From assembly GCA_951406725.2 (NCBI GenBank), contig OX597829.1, positions 22,940,001 to 23,004,000 on the forward strand: a stretch of 64,000 bases of DNA, given 5' to 3'. The notes under the pieces are model-generated. The model had not been told where the DNA came from. It did no database searches and saw nothing but the letters and a program-made list of their open reading frames with translations. Each line of letters begins with the position of its first letter. The stretch's first letter is position 1. This document shows, one piece after another, positions 1 to 12,975 of the stretch. The DNA is from Octopus vulgaris (taxonomy: Eukaryota). The translations under genes and the position numbers were made by a program.

Positions 1-190
1 CTGTTGACAGGATAATATGGAAATGTTTCCCTATTTCTCTCCAAGGCAACAAGCATTCGTTATAGTAGTTGGAGCGAGAAGGAGGGGTAGGGTGTTTCTA
101 GTTATCCCCTCCCCCCTCACCCGACTAGTGGAATAGATGCGGTTGATGTTCAGTTTAACATGAGTGGGAGTCGGTGTCCGGAGAAAGGAA

Positions 191-235
<45 letters not shown>

Positions 236-345
236 TGTGTGTGTGTTCGTGTGGTTAGGGGAGAATGTATGAAGAGGGAACAGTTCTGGGATGAAGGATG
301 GGACATAGACTTTACAAAAGGAAAGGAGAGAGGAACGGATCGAAA
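1..345 (-). mobile_element. Degenerate LINE (CR1/Jockey/L2-like) 3' end fragment, copy 1
   Basis: Minus strand reads ...SFIPRTVP...FPDT...HVKLNINRIY across frameshifts, resembling the SFFPRT-LWN-LP...FK C-terminus of LINE ORF2. It is an inverted homolog of 410-772. Confidence 0.5.
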
Positions 346-409
346 TCAGTCCAAAAAATCATTAGAACTCGGTAGGCATGGATGGGTTGATGTGATGTAC
401 CCACCTTAG

Positions 410-772
410 CCCACGTGACCTATTCCTCTCTTCATCCCGTTTTACGCCCCAGACCCTATTGTAAGCTTTGTGTCCAATCCTCCTCCAAAACCGTTCCTCC
501 TTCACATACCCTCCCAAACCCACTCTCTTTCTCTCCCAACTCCCCTACCTCACCTTCTCTTTCACTTCCTTTTTCCAGATACCAAGCTTCACTCATGTTA
601 AACTGAACATCAGCCGCATCTATTTCATTGGTCTGGTGTGTGTGTGTGTATATGTATGTGGAGGAGTTTATGCTATGGATCCTACTACTTTCCTCCTCGC
701 TCAAACTAGTTTAACGAATGCACGTTGCCTTGGTCAGAGGTAGTAAAACATTTCCATATTACCCAGTCAGCA
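410..772 (+). mobile_element. Degenerate LINE 3' end fragment, copy 2 (inverted relative to 1-345)
   Basis: Shares HVKLNISRIY and the downstream ctcgctcaaact...aacgaatgc...ttgccttgg...aaacatttccatatta block with the reverse complement of 1-170. Confidence 0.5.
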
Positions 773-1862
773 GAATCATGAACGGGTTCACCACTAGCAA
801 GGTGGATCCATGTCAATCACTCTCTTTCTTCATTCTTGAAGTGTATCTAATTCCTGGAGATCCTTCAGTAGGGGAAGTTTGAAAAAAGTTGATGCCTGGC
901 CAGGACGTATCAAATACTAAATACATGATGTTGTTATTTATGCAATATCTTTTTTCTCCTCCTACTTCCGCATGAAACGAGAAAATTTATCTACAGCTGC
1001 TGCTGTTATTGTTACTGCTGCTGCTACTGCTGCTGCTGCTGCTGCTGCCTGTTGCAGTACAGCTGTCAATGACCTTAATTCTTCAGTGACAAATGCACAT
1101 CTGTTGCGCAACAGGATTACACGAGGTCATGGCAACCTGATCGTCCTGACGCAGCACCACGAAGTTTTCTACGCATCGCTAACAAGTTGACGGCAATACG
1201 AACAATCGAAAGAGGTTTGACCTACTTGAAAACAACACCCAAGTGTCCCTCAGTGTCATATGCTACTGTCTAAAAACGGAAGGATACATCATTAGATAGT
1301 ACAATCAAGCACAAAAAAAAACCGGGATGATTACAACCGGAATGCTTTTGCTAATAGTCTTATTCGCTCGGAGATTGAACAACTGACAACAACATTAAGA
1401 ACTGTTATATTTAGCCCCCCCCCACCACCACCACCACCACCCCGCCGTACTTCTCTTTCTTCTCTTTCCTCTCTTCTTTTCATTTTTATTACTCTTCTCT
1501 CTTAGTTGCTTAGTTCTTCCTATTGCCTTCGGTTTCATTCCCAATATTCTCTTATGACTAACAATTACAGCGTGGAAGAACAGACAAAAAGACTGTTAAC
1601 TTCACTTAAACGTTTGTTTGGTTTATTTGGTGTCAAGATTTTCGTCGGGCGCTCTGTGACCTAGTCACTGACACAGTTCCCCAACACGTTTAAAAGTCAC
1701 TTGTGTGTTTTTTTGAATGGCTGCAATCTGTCTTCCACTATTTGTAAATGTTTTAGTTTCAAAGCCCGTCTCAGAGCAAATCATTTGCCTCGCCAATGAA
1801 CATCTTATGACTACGTTTTAAAAGATTTATCACCCAAAGCTAAAAACGATTGACAAGAACAT

Positions 1863-2099
1863 CTCTTTTACTCTTTTACTTGTTTCAGTCATTTGATTGT
1901 GGCCATGCTGGAGCACCGTCTTTAGTCGAGCAAATCGACCCCAGGACTTATTCTTTGGAAGCCTAGTACTTATTCTATCGAACTCTTTTGCCGAACCGCT
2001 TGGTTACGGGGACATAAACGCACCAGCATCGGTTGTCAAGCGATGTTGGGGGGACAAACACAAACACAAACGCACAAACGCACACACACACACACACAT

Positions 2100-2130
<31 letters not shown>

Positions 2131-2254
2131 CAACGGGTTTCTTTCACAAGGCTTTGGTCGGCCCGAGGCTATAGTAGAAAACACTTGTCCAAGATGGGCA
2201 CGAACCCTGAACCATGTGGTTGGTAAGCAAGCTACTTACCACACAGCCACTCCT
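1863..2254 (-). mobile_element. tRNA-derived SINE family A (Octopus-type)
   Basis: Head (aggagtggctgtgtggtaag...ggttcagggttcg) has A/B-box-like motifs, followed by a central (TA)/(CA) tract and the tail ...actgaaacaagtaaaagag. About 20 homologous copies or fragments occur in the window. Confidence 0.85.
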
Positions 2255-2624
2255 ATTCTGTTTTTATTTCTTCGTTTTTATTTTTGTTTATCAATTGGTT
2301 AGCAAATCAAAACTATAACTTAATCTATTTTTTGATTAATCATTCGGTCGATCAATCAACTAATCAACTAAATTTGTCGTCGCCATTCGCAGCATCATCA
2401 ACAACATGACCTCTCTGCTTTAGTCTGCTTCGGTTGTATGTATGTTTATATGCATACATGTATATATGCATGTGCGAATATGCACGCGCGCGTGTGTCTG
2501 TGTGTTGCTCCCCGGGAGGGTTTCGGACACCAATCGATGGACCGAACTACACCACAACGATTTACAGGCCTCGTGTTCCATTGTCGTCCAATCAAACGCC
2601 TTTTGTTCGCCATTACTGAGCTTT

Positions 2625-2955
2625 GAGAAAGCGTATAGCTCAGTGGCTAGAGCGTCGGGCTCGCAATCATGAAGTAATGAGTTCGATTCCCGGACCCGGG
2701 TGTGTGTTGTGTTCTTGAGCAAGATACTTTATCTCATGTAGCTCCAGTTCACCCAGAGAAATGAGTTGCGCCGTCACCGGTGCCAAGCTGTATCGCTCTT
2801 TTCTGCTCCCTTGGATATCGGTGGCATGGAGAAGGAAGGGCGGTGCGCATGGGTGACTGCTGGTCTTCCATAAACAACCTCGCCTGGACTTGTTCCTCGG
2901 AGGGAAACTTTCAAGGTGCAATCCCATGGTCATTCATGAGTGCAGAGACTCTTTA
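2625..2955 (+). mobile_element. tRNA-derived SINE family C
   Basis: tagctcagtggctagagcg (A box), gagttcgattccc (B box), then ttcttgagcaagatacttt. Homologous to 53658-53970 and 42421-42744. Confidence 0.8.
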
Positions 2956-3193
2956 CTGAGAGTCAGTAGCTTGACACCATCATGCAGTATGTTCAACATG
3001 TTGTTGACGTATTTAATGTAGTCATTAATTAATTAAACTAATTAACTGTGGGCAAATTATGTCAAGCCTTTTAATAAGTGAATAATATTTTTTATCTTCT
3101 TCACAACAGAACTTTTGTTTCCATCTTAATATGCGCCCAGCTTTCCAAGAAACAGCATCATCATCATGTTTCACCACCACCACCACCACCACC

Positions 3194-3224
<31 letters not shown>

Positions 3225-3669
3225 ACAACAACAACAACTTGCGCTATGAAGACGGCCACTTACGTGGTCGATAGACCTGGAAATAGCAGCCGGATCAACT
3301 AAAATCATACCCTACCGTATTAAACAAAGAAAGAAGATATTGGACGACGTAATCTTGCTTTAGCACAAAATTGGCGGGATGGTCACGGATAATGAGAATT
3401 CGATCAAAGGGCTTACTCGGTCAGGACTGGCAGAGAGAGTAACAGCAGCAACAACAACAATAACAATACCAAGACACATGAGCCTATGAATACGCCTCTA
3501 ATTAGTCACTTACACTGTTTAAAATAATAGGTATATCTCCAGGAAATGTATGCCACATCGTCCTAAAAACGCAAGTGTACATTAAACAACATAATCATGG
3601 ATAGAAGATGGGATGGCTATAACTGGAACGCTTCTAGTCATAGGTCTGATTGGAACTTAGGGTAATGGA

Positions 3670-4110
3670 GAGAGAAGCAGCGGTGGTAATGCTAGTGGTA
3701 GAAGCAGCAACGAAGAAAGCAGCAGAGGTGGAAGCAGTAGCAGCGGTAGCAGTAGCGACAGAAGCAGCAGTGGTGGCAGCAGCGGGAGCAGAACTGACAG
3801 CAGCGGTAGCAGCAGCGGTAGCAGCAGTGGAATCAGCAACGATCGCAGCAGCGGCGGCAGCAATAGCGGCAGCAGCAGGAGCAGCGGCAGCAGCAGGAGC
3901 AGCGGCAGCAGCAATGGCGGCAGCAGCAGGAGCAGCAATGACCGTAGCAGCAGGAGCAGCGGCAGCTGTAGCGGTGGCAGCAGCGGCGGCGGCAGCAGTG
4001 GTAGCAGCGGTGGCAGCAGCAGCGCGGTTGCAGTGAAGGCTATAGCGGCAGCAACAGCGACAGCCCCAACAGCTGTAGTAGTAGTAGTAGTAGTAGTGGT
4101 AGTAGTAGTG

Positions 4111-4164
<54 letters not shown>

Positions 4165-4320
4165 ACTGCAGCGGCGGCTGAAATAGCGACGCAAGCAGCA
4201 GCAGAGGAAGCAAGAGTGGAAGAGGCAGCGGCGGCAGAAACAGCAGCAGCTGTAGCGGAAGCAGCAGTACGGACGTATATGTGGAGAGGGGAAAGCAATG
4301 GCTGAGCAGCAGCGGTAGGA
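3670..4320. repeat. Degenerate (GCA/GCG)n trinucleotide array with an internal (GTA)n tract
   Basis: Directly visible. It produces the low-complexity poly-Ala/Val/Thr ORFs on both strands. Confidence 0.9.
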
Positions 4321-4776
4321 GTTTACATCCATTGCTGCATTTCAGTTCTGCTTGTTACCAACATTCGAATAAGACCACTGTTTTACTTTAAGTGCAAGTT
4401 CTTCCTCCAACACAGCCTTACAGATGTTCAGACCTGATATTATCAACACCGATCTCACCGGCTCGTGAAGGCCCAGGAAAGCCATAGAGATCAACGGACG
4501 TGTCCCTCCAGTCCTTGCCAGATTAGAATGGTGGTTTTTAATTGAAACAACAGGTCAGCAATTTTGAAGAGAAGTGTGTAGTCGATTGCTCCAGCCTTGG
4601 CACTGCAGGGATATTTTACTTTATCGATTCCGAAAGGATAAAAAGCAAACCTAACTTTGAACTAAGTTAGCGGAATTTGAACTAAGAATGTGCAATGAAC
4701 TGGAAGAAATACTGCAGAATATTTTGGCTCTAATGATTCTGCCAAATAAAATGAAAATGTTGTTGACCATTTAAAC

Positions 4777-5034
4777 CACTGTTTCTCAACTATTTTTTAC
4801 CTGTGGACCTCTTTGAATCCTATTTTACTTGCATGTATCCTCCTAGTTATCCAATATTAAAAAAAAAAAGTCCCGTTATATTTTTATAATTAAATATTAT
4901 TAGGAACTGTATTAAAAAAATTAAGATATTTTATATATTGCAGAAATATAACCAGTTTATTGGACATAAATTTTAACAACAAAATCTTCCATGGATACCC
5001 CAAGGGCCATGTTGACCCTAATTGAGAACCACTG
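4777..5034. mobile_element. hAT-type MITE
   Basis: Imperfect TIRs cactgtttctcaact / aattgagaaccactg and a perfect 8-bp TSD atttaaac (4769-4776, 5035-5042). Confidence 0.85.
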
Positions 5035-5406
5035 ATTTAAACAATGCAGCTACTCTTTTAAAACAAACCTTCCAGAAAATCTTTAATTTTGTTCGAAACA
5101 GATGTTGGAACAGTTTGAACACAGTTTCCTACATGCGTTTCGACATTTTAGTACAACGCGGATAATCTCGCTGTTTGTCGCTGAATTAAATTAAATCTAA
5201 TTAATTTTCGCAAATATTTGGTTATGAAATACATTCGAGAGCTGACATCATCAGATCACGTGACAATCGACATGTGATATATTTAATTGCTAACTAAACT
5301 TTATTTCAAAAAATTTTACCATAAAGGCATGATACAGAGTAGCTTGCAGGCTGGACAGAAACATTGATGAGATGAATGATGAAATAAAATGATATTAATG
5401 GGAGAA

Positions 5407-5638
5407 AGGCGGCGAGCTAGCAGAAGCGTTAGCACACCGGGCGAAATGCTTTGCGGTACTTCGTCTGCTGTTACGTTGTGAGTTCAAATTCCGCCGAGGT
5501 TGACTTTGCCTTTCATCCTTTCGGGGTCGATAAATTAAGTACCAGTTTCGCACTGGGGTCGATGTAATCGACATAATACCTATGTCTGTCCTTGTTTGTC
5601 CCCTCTATGTTTAGCCCCTTGTGAGTAGTAAAGAAATA
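5407..5638 (+). mobile_element. tRNA-derived SINE family B, full copy with TSD
   Basis: ggcggcgagctagcagaagcgttagc head, gagttcaaattcc B box, and core gcctttcatcctttcggggtcgataaattaagtaccag. 16-bp TSD gatattaatgggagaa (5391-5406, 5639-5654). Confidence 0.9.
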
Positions 5639-5908
5639 GATATTAATGGGAGAAGATAAAAAACGCCTGCCGATTTTTTTGCTTCTCTAAACATTATTTT
5701 TTACAGAAAAAAAAACCCAAACCACGGTATTGAACTTCTTACTTCCGTTTTACAATTGTTGGACTTAATAGTCCATTTACAAATTGAAACATTATTTTTT
5801 TTAACGCAAAAACAGACCGAGGAACTGAGCTTCTTACTTCCGTTTAATTGCCAACTAAACTTAATGCAGCATAAATTTCTGTTTTTATTATTATCATTTT
5901 ATTTTTAA

Positions 5909-6278
5909 CTAGCAGTATCGCCCGGCGTTGCTCGGGTTTGTAAGGGAAATAACTATAAAGCATTTTTAGAGAGTTATAGCCAAAAAATAGAAAAAAATGG
6001 AAAAAAATCTTTTGAGAGTTAAAAAGGTCGAGTTGCGTCCCCTAGACAGTCTGTGGTTTGTGTTTCTGATTCTCGACCCCATGTCGAATTTATCGATTTT
6101 TTTCAGAACTGGGGGAACTTTTCAAAATTTTCGCTGCGTTAGTTTTGAATTATGACATTGGGCTATGTGTGTGTCAAGTTTCATCAGAATCGGTTGAAAG
6201 CCATGGTCAGGGTGAGGGTACAACCTGACAGACACACAGACACACACACAGACAAACTGCCGTTTATATATATAGAGA
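5909..6278 (-). mobile_element. Non-autonomous Helitron
   Basis: Minus strand begins TC, carries a (TGTC/TG)n tract near the 5' end, and ends with the hairpin cccg-agcaacgc-cggg followed by CTAG. Inserted between A and T with no TSD. Confidence 0.75.
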
Positions 6279-7399
6279 TAGTGTGTCTTCAATGTGAAAA
6301 GTTTTGAAAGCTCTCAGTTAAAGTGTTGTACCCCCGAAAACCGTCTCTGTTTAACCCTATCTTTCCCCTTGATCACCATTATATATCGATTATATTGATT
6401 TAAACACCAATCAGTTCAATATCTAGTTTTAAATATTTCGTAGCGTTTTCAAACATATTGATACAAACCGCTGTTCAGTATCTTAAAGTTTGTATGGAAT
6501 ACGTTTTTAGATGAAACATATTAGTTTGTATCTTTAATTGCGTATTCTCTCTCTTTTTTGTTTTTAAACATTTCTTGTGTTTCAAATTGGCTTTGGTCTC
6601 GGCATCTACATGGTTTTAATTCTCAGCTGAACTGTGCAGACGGGGTGCAGCTGTAAGGTAATCTGAGTAACATCATCTCCACTTTTTTTCTTACCTCCCA
6701 GCACCGACGATATCAATATATGACAACACAGTTTTGAAAGCTGTTTTCATAATACGAGCTGATAAATCCCATTTTGTATGTTTTAATGTTTTAAGAGTCA
6801 AGTGAGGAATACAAATCTCTCATATCAATTTCGAAACATTCCTTTTTAGAATGCTAGAGTTCAGATGTCTTCGATATAGGATTCTTCAATGAAAATTATG
6901 ACCCTGAAAAGTAAAAAAACAAACAAACAAAAAAAAAAAAAAAAAAAAAAAAACAGATTTAGAATAGACTCAGCATTTTAGAGTAAAAAAACACTGCAAT
7001 GATTTACTGGGGGAAAAATATGTATTAAAATATAAAACACGTGTTTGAATTTTACTGGCGAATGCTTGCAGATGCTGACTGCAAGCTGCCAAAGCGTGGG
7101 ATCCTTTTAGCCTTGATGTAAGAAAAATACTGAAGGGTGTGTCTTCTTTGCAGGAATTAATGCATTCCCTGCAGAAGTACATAGCAACATGACTGTTATC
7201 AAATTCTTTAAAGCACTGAGATCATGTTATAAAAAAAAAAAAAAAAAAAAAAAAAATTTTCAGTGAATCCAATTGGTTCTCCACACACGTGAGCGCCTTT
7301 TACATGGTCGCTCGACCTGCTACACATAAGAACCATATTTACTCAAACCCATTCCCTACCTTCTTAAAACAACAAAAAAAAAGAAGTAAACAACAATAT

Positions 7400-7496
7400 C
7401 ACTGCGTGGCACCTTGAGCAAGTGTCTTCTATAACCCCAAGCTCACCAAATCCTTGTGAGAGAATTTGGCTGACAGAAATTCAAGGAAGCCCATCG

Positions 7497-7562
<66 letters not shown>

Positions 7563-7647
7563 CCTACCTACCTACCTGTCTGTCTGTCTGTATACACATA
7601 TATACATATATACATATATATATATCTATATATCTATATATATATAT

Positions 7648-7685
<38 letters not shown>

Positions 7686-7892
7686 CTGTGTGAGTGTGTG
7701 TGCGTATCTTCGTGTGTATGTATGTATACATGTATGCGTGCCCGTGAGCGTGTACATCTGTGTTTGTTGTCTGTACCCAACTGCCGTTTGACAACGGTTG
7801 ATGGTTTGTTTACGCCCCCGTAATCTAGCTATTTGGCAATAGCGCCGATAGAATAAATATCAGGCTTCCAAAAAAAAAAAAAAAAAAAAAAA

Positions 7893-7960
<68 letters not shown>

Positions 7961-8053
7961 AAAAATAGTACTAAGGTCGATTCATTCGATTAAAGATTCT
8001 TCAAGGCAGTACCCCAGCATTACCGCAGTCTAATGATTGAAATAAGTAAAAGA
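7400..8053 (+). mobile_element. SINE family A, decayed, with expanded (TATC)n, (A)n and (GA)n tracts
   Basis: cactgcgtggcaccttgagcaagtgtcttc ... gaaataagtaaaaga are homologous to family A. Confidence 0.7.
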
Positions 8054-9378
8054 TACATGATAAAACAAAAGCATATAAGATAATGTAGTTCTATATATCC
8101 ATAAATCGATGGAATGGTCATCCGGCATATTCTAGAGGCATAGGCTTGTATTATTAGGATTTAATAATGAGGGCAACAATTACAACACTTAAAGACGATA
8201 TTAGATGCCGTAGACAGGCTGCCACCTATCATCATATCGTAGAAGCGTGACGTGTTGACAAAGGTACCAAGCTTGTACCTCCCCCATTCAGACTCCCAAA
8301 CCATTATATCACTCTCTTTCGGTCCTGCACTAACAGCTATGCCAGTTCCTTTCTCCCCACCCACTCCCTCCCGATACATTGTTCCTCTGGAATCTCTTCC
8401 TCGCTTAGGTGAGAACATTTATGGCATCAATTTCACCAATCTCGAAGGACCTGCAAAGAACATGGGCACTTCTCATTTTTGAAAACTCAGCAAAAAAAAA
8501 AAAAAAAAAGCCTGTAAGTATGTACCCAGTACGATTCTATCTACCCAAGTACATCCGCCTTTAAACGAAGCATGTCGTGTCAGCGGTGTAAGCTAAGAAA
8601 AATATTGGTTTCAAATTTTGGCACAAGGCCAGCAATTTCGAGTTTAGGGGTCTAGTCGGTTACATCAAACCCGGTACTCAAATGGCATGGTGGTTGAGGG
8701 TGCTAGAATTATGATCGTAAGACTGGTTTCGATTCCTGGACCGGACGATGCGTCGTGTTTTATGAGCAAAATAGATAGTGTCACACTGCTCCAGTTTACT
8801 CAGCTGGATCGGCGGCACCCCGTCCAGAGCGGGAGTATATACGCCATTAAATCCGGGAAACCGGCTCTGTGAGTCTATATATGGTTCGTGAATGAGTTGT
8901 CTCCTTTTTATTTTTATTTTTTAAAGCTCCTTGCTAAGGGATTCAAATTCGGAATGATCAAGTTTATCGCTTGAGAGGATCCCTTTAATTATGCTGCGCT
9001 CTCCCTGATTGCATACAGTAACACAGATAAGCCAAGCTGTAACTTCGCAATTTAACTTGAAGGAACTTGTCTGCCAGTTCTTCGCGTACATTCTGCTGTA
9101 CAGGTCTTAATGTTTCATTTTGTACTTGTTTCAGTCATTACACTGCGGCCATACTGGGGCACCGCCTTGAAGAATGTTTAGTCAAATGAATCGACACCTA
9201 TAGTTCCTTCTTTATGAGCCTGCTACTTATTCTATCAGTATCTTTTTTTGCCGTAAATGCACCAACGCCGTTTATCAAGCGGTGATGATGAGGACAGACA
9301 CAAACATACACACGCATACACTCACATACACACTATATGATTGAACGCCACACGCATCCTCTTCCAAGTAAGTTTTAT

Positions 9379-9411
<33 letters not shown>

Positions 9412-9416
<5 letters not shown>

Positions 9417-9557
9417 AATCCAAACGGGAAACAAAAAAACAACAACAATGGAACAATTACAGTATTATTATTAATAGGCGCTCAGGAAATGGAAGCAGGG
9501 AGGTATGACGTTTCGAGCGGAGCTCTTCGTCGGAAACATAAAGAAGGAAGAGAGAAG

Positions 9558-9560
<3 letters not shown>
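9412..9560 (-). mobile_element. Hammerhead-motif cassette family H1 in a (TA)n tract
   Basis: Homologous to 23630-23835, 38495-38732 and 39147-39358. Motif gttt-CCGACGA-a-gagc-tcc-gctc-GAAA-cg-TC-atac at 9503-9537. Confidence 0.65.
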
Positions 9561-9621
<61 letters not shown>

Positions 9622-9865
9622 AACACAAAATGGGACAAGAACGCAAAACATCCGAACAGTTACGTGATACAAAAATGGGACAACTAAACATCCAGATAGA
9701 CGATACAAAGAAAACAAGGACGTATCATTCGGAGTTTACTTTCCTCAGTCGAGTACCAGATTATCTTCGCAATTTCGGCTGATTATATTAGAGATTGCTC
9801 CAATCTGGCCAGCCCCAAGGAAAAACTAAGCTACGAATATTAGATTCCTTGGAAGAAAGCAGCGA

Positions 9866-9913
<48 letters not shown>

Positions 9914-9940
9914 AATAATGTATATATATATATATATATA

Positions 9941-10424
9941 CATAGTAATAGCTCACTTTACGAGGCCCCGGGTTTACGAGTTTTAATTTTCGAGCACAAG
10001 GTCCCAATTTGGAACGAAGTACAAAAGTTTCTAATACAAATGCTTCTGCGTGTTACTGAGAAATTTAATGAGTGGAAAGAAAGGTTCTTCTAAGCAAACA
10101 ACTCTAGACTTATTTTTTAAAAAAAGAAATCTACAAGTCAATCTACGAGTGCTTAATGATTCAGAAAACGATAATAATAATATTTTTTTTATTACAAATG
10201 TTCTTGACATTCTTTTTAGTTTACATAAAATATTCCTAACATTCTACTGCTGTTTTATTGCCATTTATTTAAGAGTATTATGAATTTTATAGGTAAATTT
10301 ATTTCCTGGGAGCGAATTACAATTTATAACATTGTTACTACCAGGAATTATTACTCTATTTTACGAGTTTCGTTTCACTAGTCTTCTCCGGGAGCAAATT
10401 AACTTATATATCGAAGCATCACTC

Positions 10425-10425
<1 letters not shown>
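9941..10425 (+). mobile_element. pogo/Tigger-like deletion derivative (MITE)
   Basis: Degenerate CAGT..CTCGAT.TA.GAG-type TIRs in TA context. Internal remnant KKGSSKQTTLDLFFKK resembles a pogo/Tigger transposase C-terminus. Confidence 0.55.
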
Positions 10426-10478
<53 letters not shown>

Positions 10479-10518
10479 GAGTGATGCTTCGATATATAAG
10501 TTAATTTGCTCCCGGAGA

Positions 10519-10576
<58 letters not shown>

Positions 10577-10672
10577 TACATACACGAGTAAGTACATAAA
10601 TGGAAAACAAGGTGGAAAAGATAGTTCTGGAATATGCTTTTTTTTTATTAAAGCTGCAGAATCATCTTAAAA

Positions 10673-10710
10673 AACTGTTAGAGTTTCACGTTTCCGTTCG
10701 TCGGACAGTT
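10673..10710 (-). ncRNA. Hammerhead-ribozyme-like motif (third cassette family, cassette about 10590-10890)
   Basis: Minus strand reads aactgt-CCGACGA-acg-gaaa-cgt-GAAA-ctc-TA-acagtt: a 6-bp stem I, a GAAA-capped stem II, a core with U4C, and a collapsed stem III. Confidence 0.45.
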
Positions 10711-11128
10711 GTGATCAAGATGCTACCCAAGAGTAACGTCCCTTCGTTCATTCCGTTATTCACGAAAATTCTCGAGAATCTCCACTAACTAAACGCGGCT
10801 GTGTTTTCCAAAATGGAAGCAAACACCTTTCTCCGCGTGATCGGCTTGAAAAATATTTTCCTACTTTTCTTAACATGAAACCAATGGTGTATATATATAT
10901 ATATATATATATGCAACGAGTTTCCTTCTGTTTCCGTACACCAAATCCACTCACGAAGCTGTAGTAGAAGGTACTTGCTCAAAGTACCCCGCAGTGGAAC
11001 TGAACCTGGATCGATGTTGTTGGGAGGCAAGCTTCCGACCCTCCGCCTGGGGAATTTATATTTTGTTCAGCGCACGCTACATCCACCGCAAATGCATTGC
11101 TTGTGATGGACATTTATGCTGAGTTATA

Positions 11129-11537
11129 CTCTTTTACACGTTTAGTTGTTTCAGTCATGTGACTGTGGCCATGCTGGATCACCGCCTTTAGTCGAGCAAA
11201 TCGACCCCGGGACTTATTCTTTGAAAGCCTAGTACTCATTCTATCGGTCTCTTTTGCCGAACTTCTTTGTTACAGGGACGTAAACACACCAGCATCGGTT
11301 GTCAAGCGATGTGGGGGGGGGGAGGCAATCACAGACACACACACATATACACACTCATACATATACATATACACGACGGGATTCTTTCAGTTTCCGTCTA
11401 CCAAATCCACTCACAAAGTTTTGGTCGGCCTGAGGCTATAGTAGAAGACACCTGCCCAAGGTGCCACGCAGTGGGACTGAACCCGGAACCACGTGGTTGG
11501 TAAGCAAGCTACTTACCACACAGCCACTCTTGCGCCT
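11129..11537 (-). mobile_element. SINE family A
   Basis: Full-length homology to family A. Confidence 0.85.
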
Positions 11538-11636
11538 CCTATACATTTATTATAGTATAAAAATTACTTTACCAATACGTGCAATTTATTAATAATAAAA
11601 CGGTTACGCTCACATTTGCTTTACTTCGGTGGAACG

Positions 11637-11685
<49 letters not shown>

Positions 11686-11950
11686 GTGTGTGTGTATGTG
11701 TGTGTGTGTGTGTGTGTGCTCTCACTCAAAAACATTCATATTCATACACTTAGACTTATATGCAGTTTTAAGATATATCTTGTAGATGCTCTGGCATGTA
11801 TCAAAAATGGGTTATAAAAGTCAGTACGTGATGCCTAAATTTATAGTGAACACAAATTTGACAATATACCTGAATATATATATGTGTGTGTGAGCGTGTG
11901 TATAGGCTATGTGTGCGTGTGTGTATACATACATGCATACATACATACAT

Positions 11951-12082
<132 letters not shown>

Positions 12083-12899
12083 ATGTGTGTGTGCGTGTGT
12101 GGGTCTGTGATGCAAGGTTAAAAAGCAGTACAAACAGTTAAAGACAACAGCACATAGAGAATAGAATACGATGAATAAAGTGACAGAATAACGCTTGCGA
12201 GAAAAAAAAGTGTATGACGCTTCGAACGTTAGTCTTTCCTCTAAAGTTTAAATTTAAAAAATAGAGATGAAGTCGAAGCATAGGAAGGTTAAGACGGGAG
12301 AGGCAAGGGGAGGAAATAGCGGTATGGGAATGCGTGTAGGTGATTGCACAAAGTGTGTGTAGCACTTCGTAGCAGACTTGGATATGTTTGCGTATATATT
12401 AAGTTGTAATACTCTTGTATATGAATTTGAGTGCATATTAAACGCTTGTATGCGTTCAGGGTATATGTCAGAGATTGTAAGAGCGTTGATGTGTGCGTGT
12501 GTTTGTATGTGTGTATGCGCTTGCATGCTTGTGGGTATGTGTGTCTGTGCTCGCAAGTTTGTGTATGTATATGCGTGTGCTTGCATGTTTGCGGGCATGT
12601 GTGTATATGCGTGTGTGTAATTCAAATACGCGTTTTGATCTAAGAATAAAATTTTATATATATATATATATATATATATGCGTGTGCGTTTCTGACGAGT
12701 TTATGTGAATTTGTGTCGTATTTCGCACGCGCGTGCGCGCATGCATATGGGATCGAGTGTATATATGTTTGTGTATGCGTGTGTGCGTGAGTCAGTTTGC
12801 GTGCTCGCGTAATTGAAACGACGTACATATGTCATGGAATAGCGCAAGTGCACTTTGTGTGCGTGTGTAAATTATATAGCGCTATTTAAAACACGCGTG

Positions 12900-12935
12900 C
12901 GCTTGTGTCTCTCTCTCTGTCTGTATGAGTGTGTG

Positions 12936-12975
<40 letters not shown>

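Noticed and set aside
1050-1225. Possible minus-strand terminal exon (VKPLSIVRIAVNLLAMRRKLRG...) or the plus-strand ORF 972-1190
   Set aside because: No recognisable protein similarity, and the putative acceptor lies in a dispersed repeat remnant also seen near 3270, 7310 and 22780.
3634-4332. Long poly-Ala/Thr/Val/Tyr ORFs on both strands
   Set aside because: Pure trinucleotide-repeat translations open in several frames, with no domain or splice evidence.
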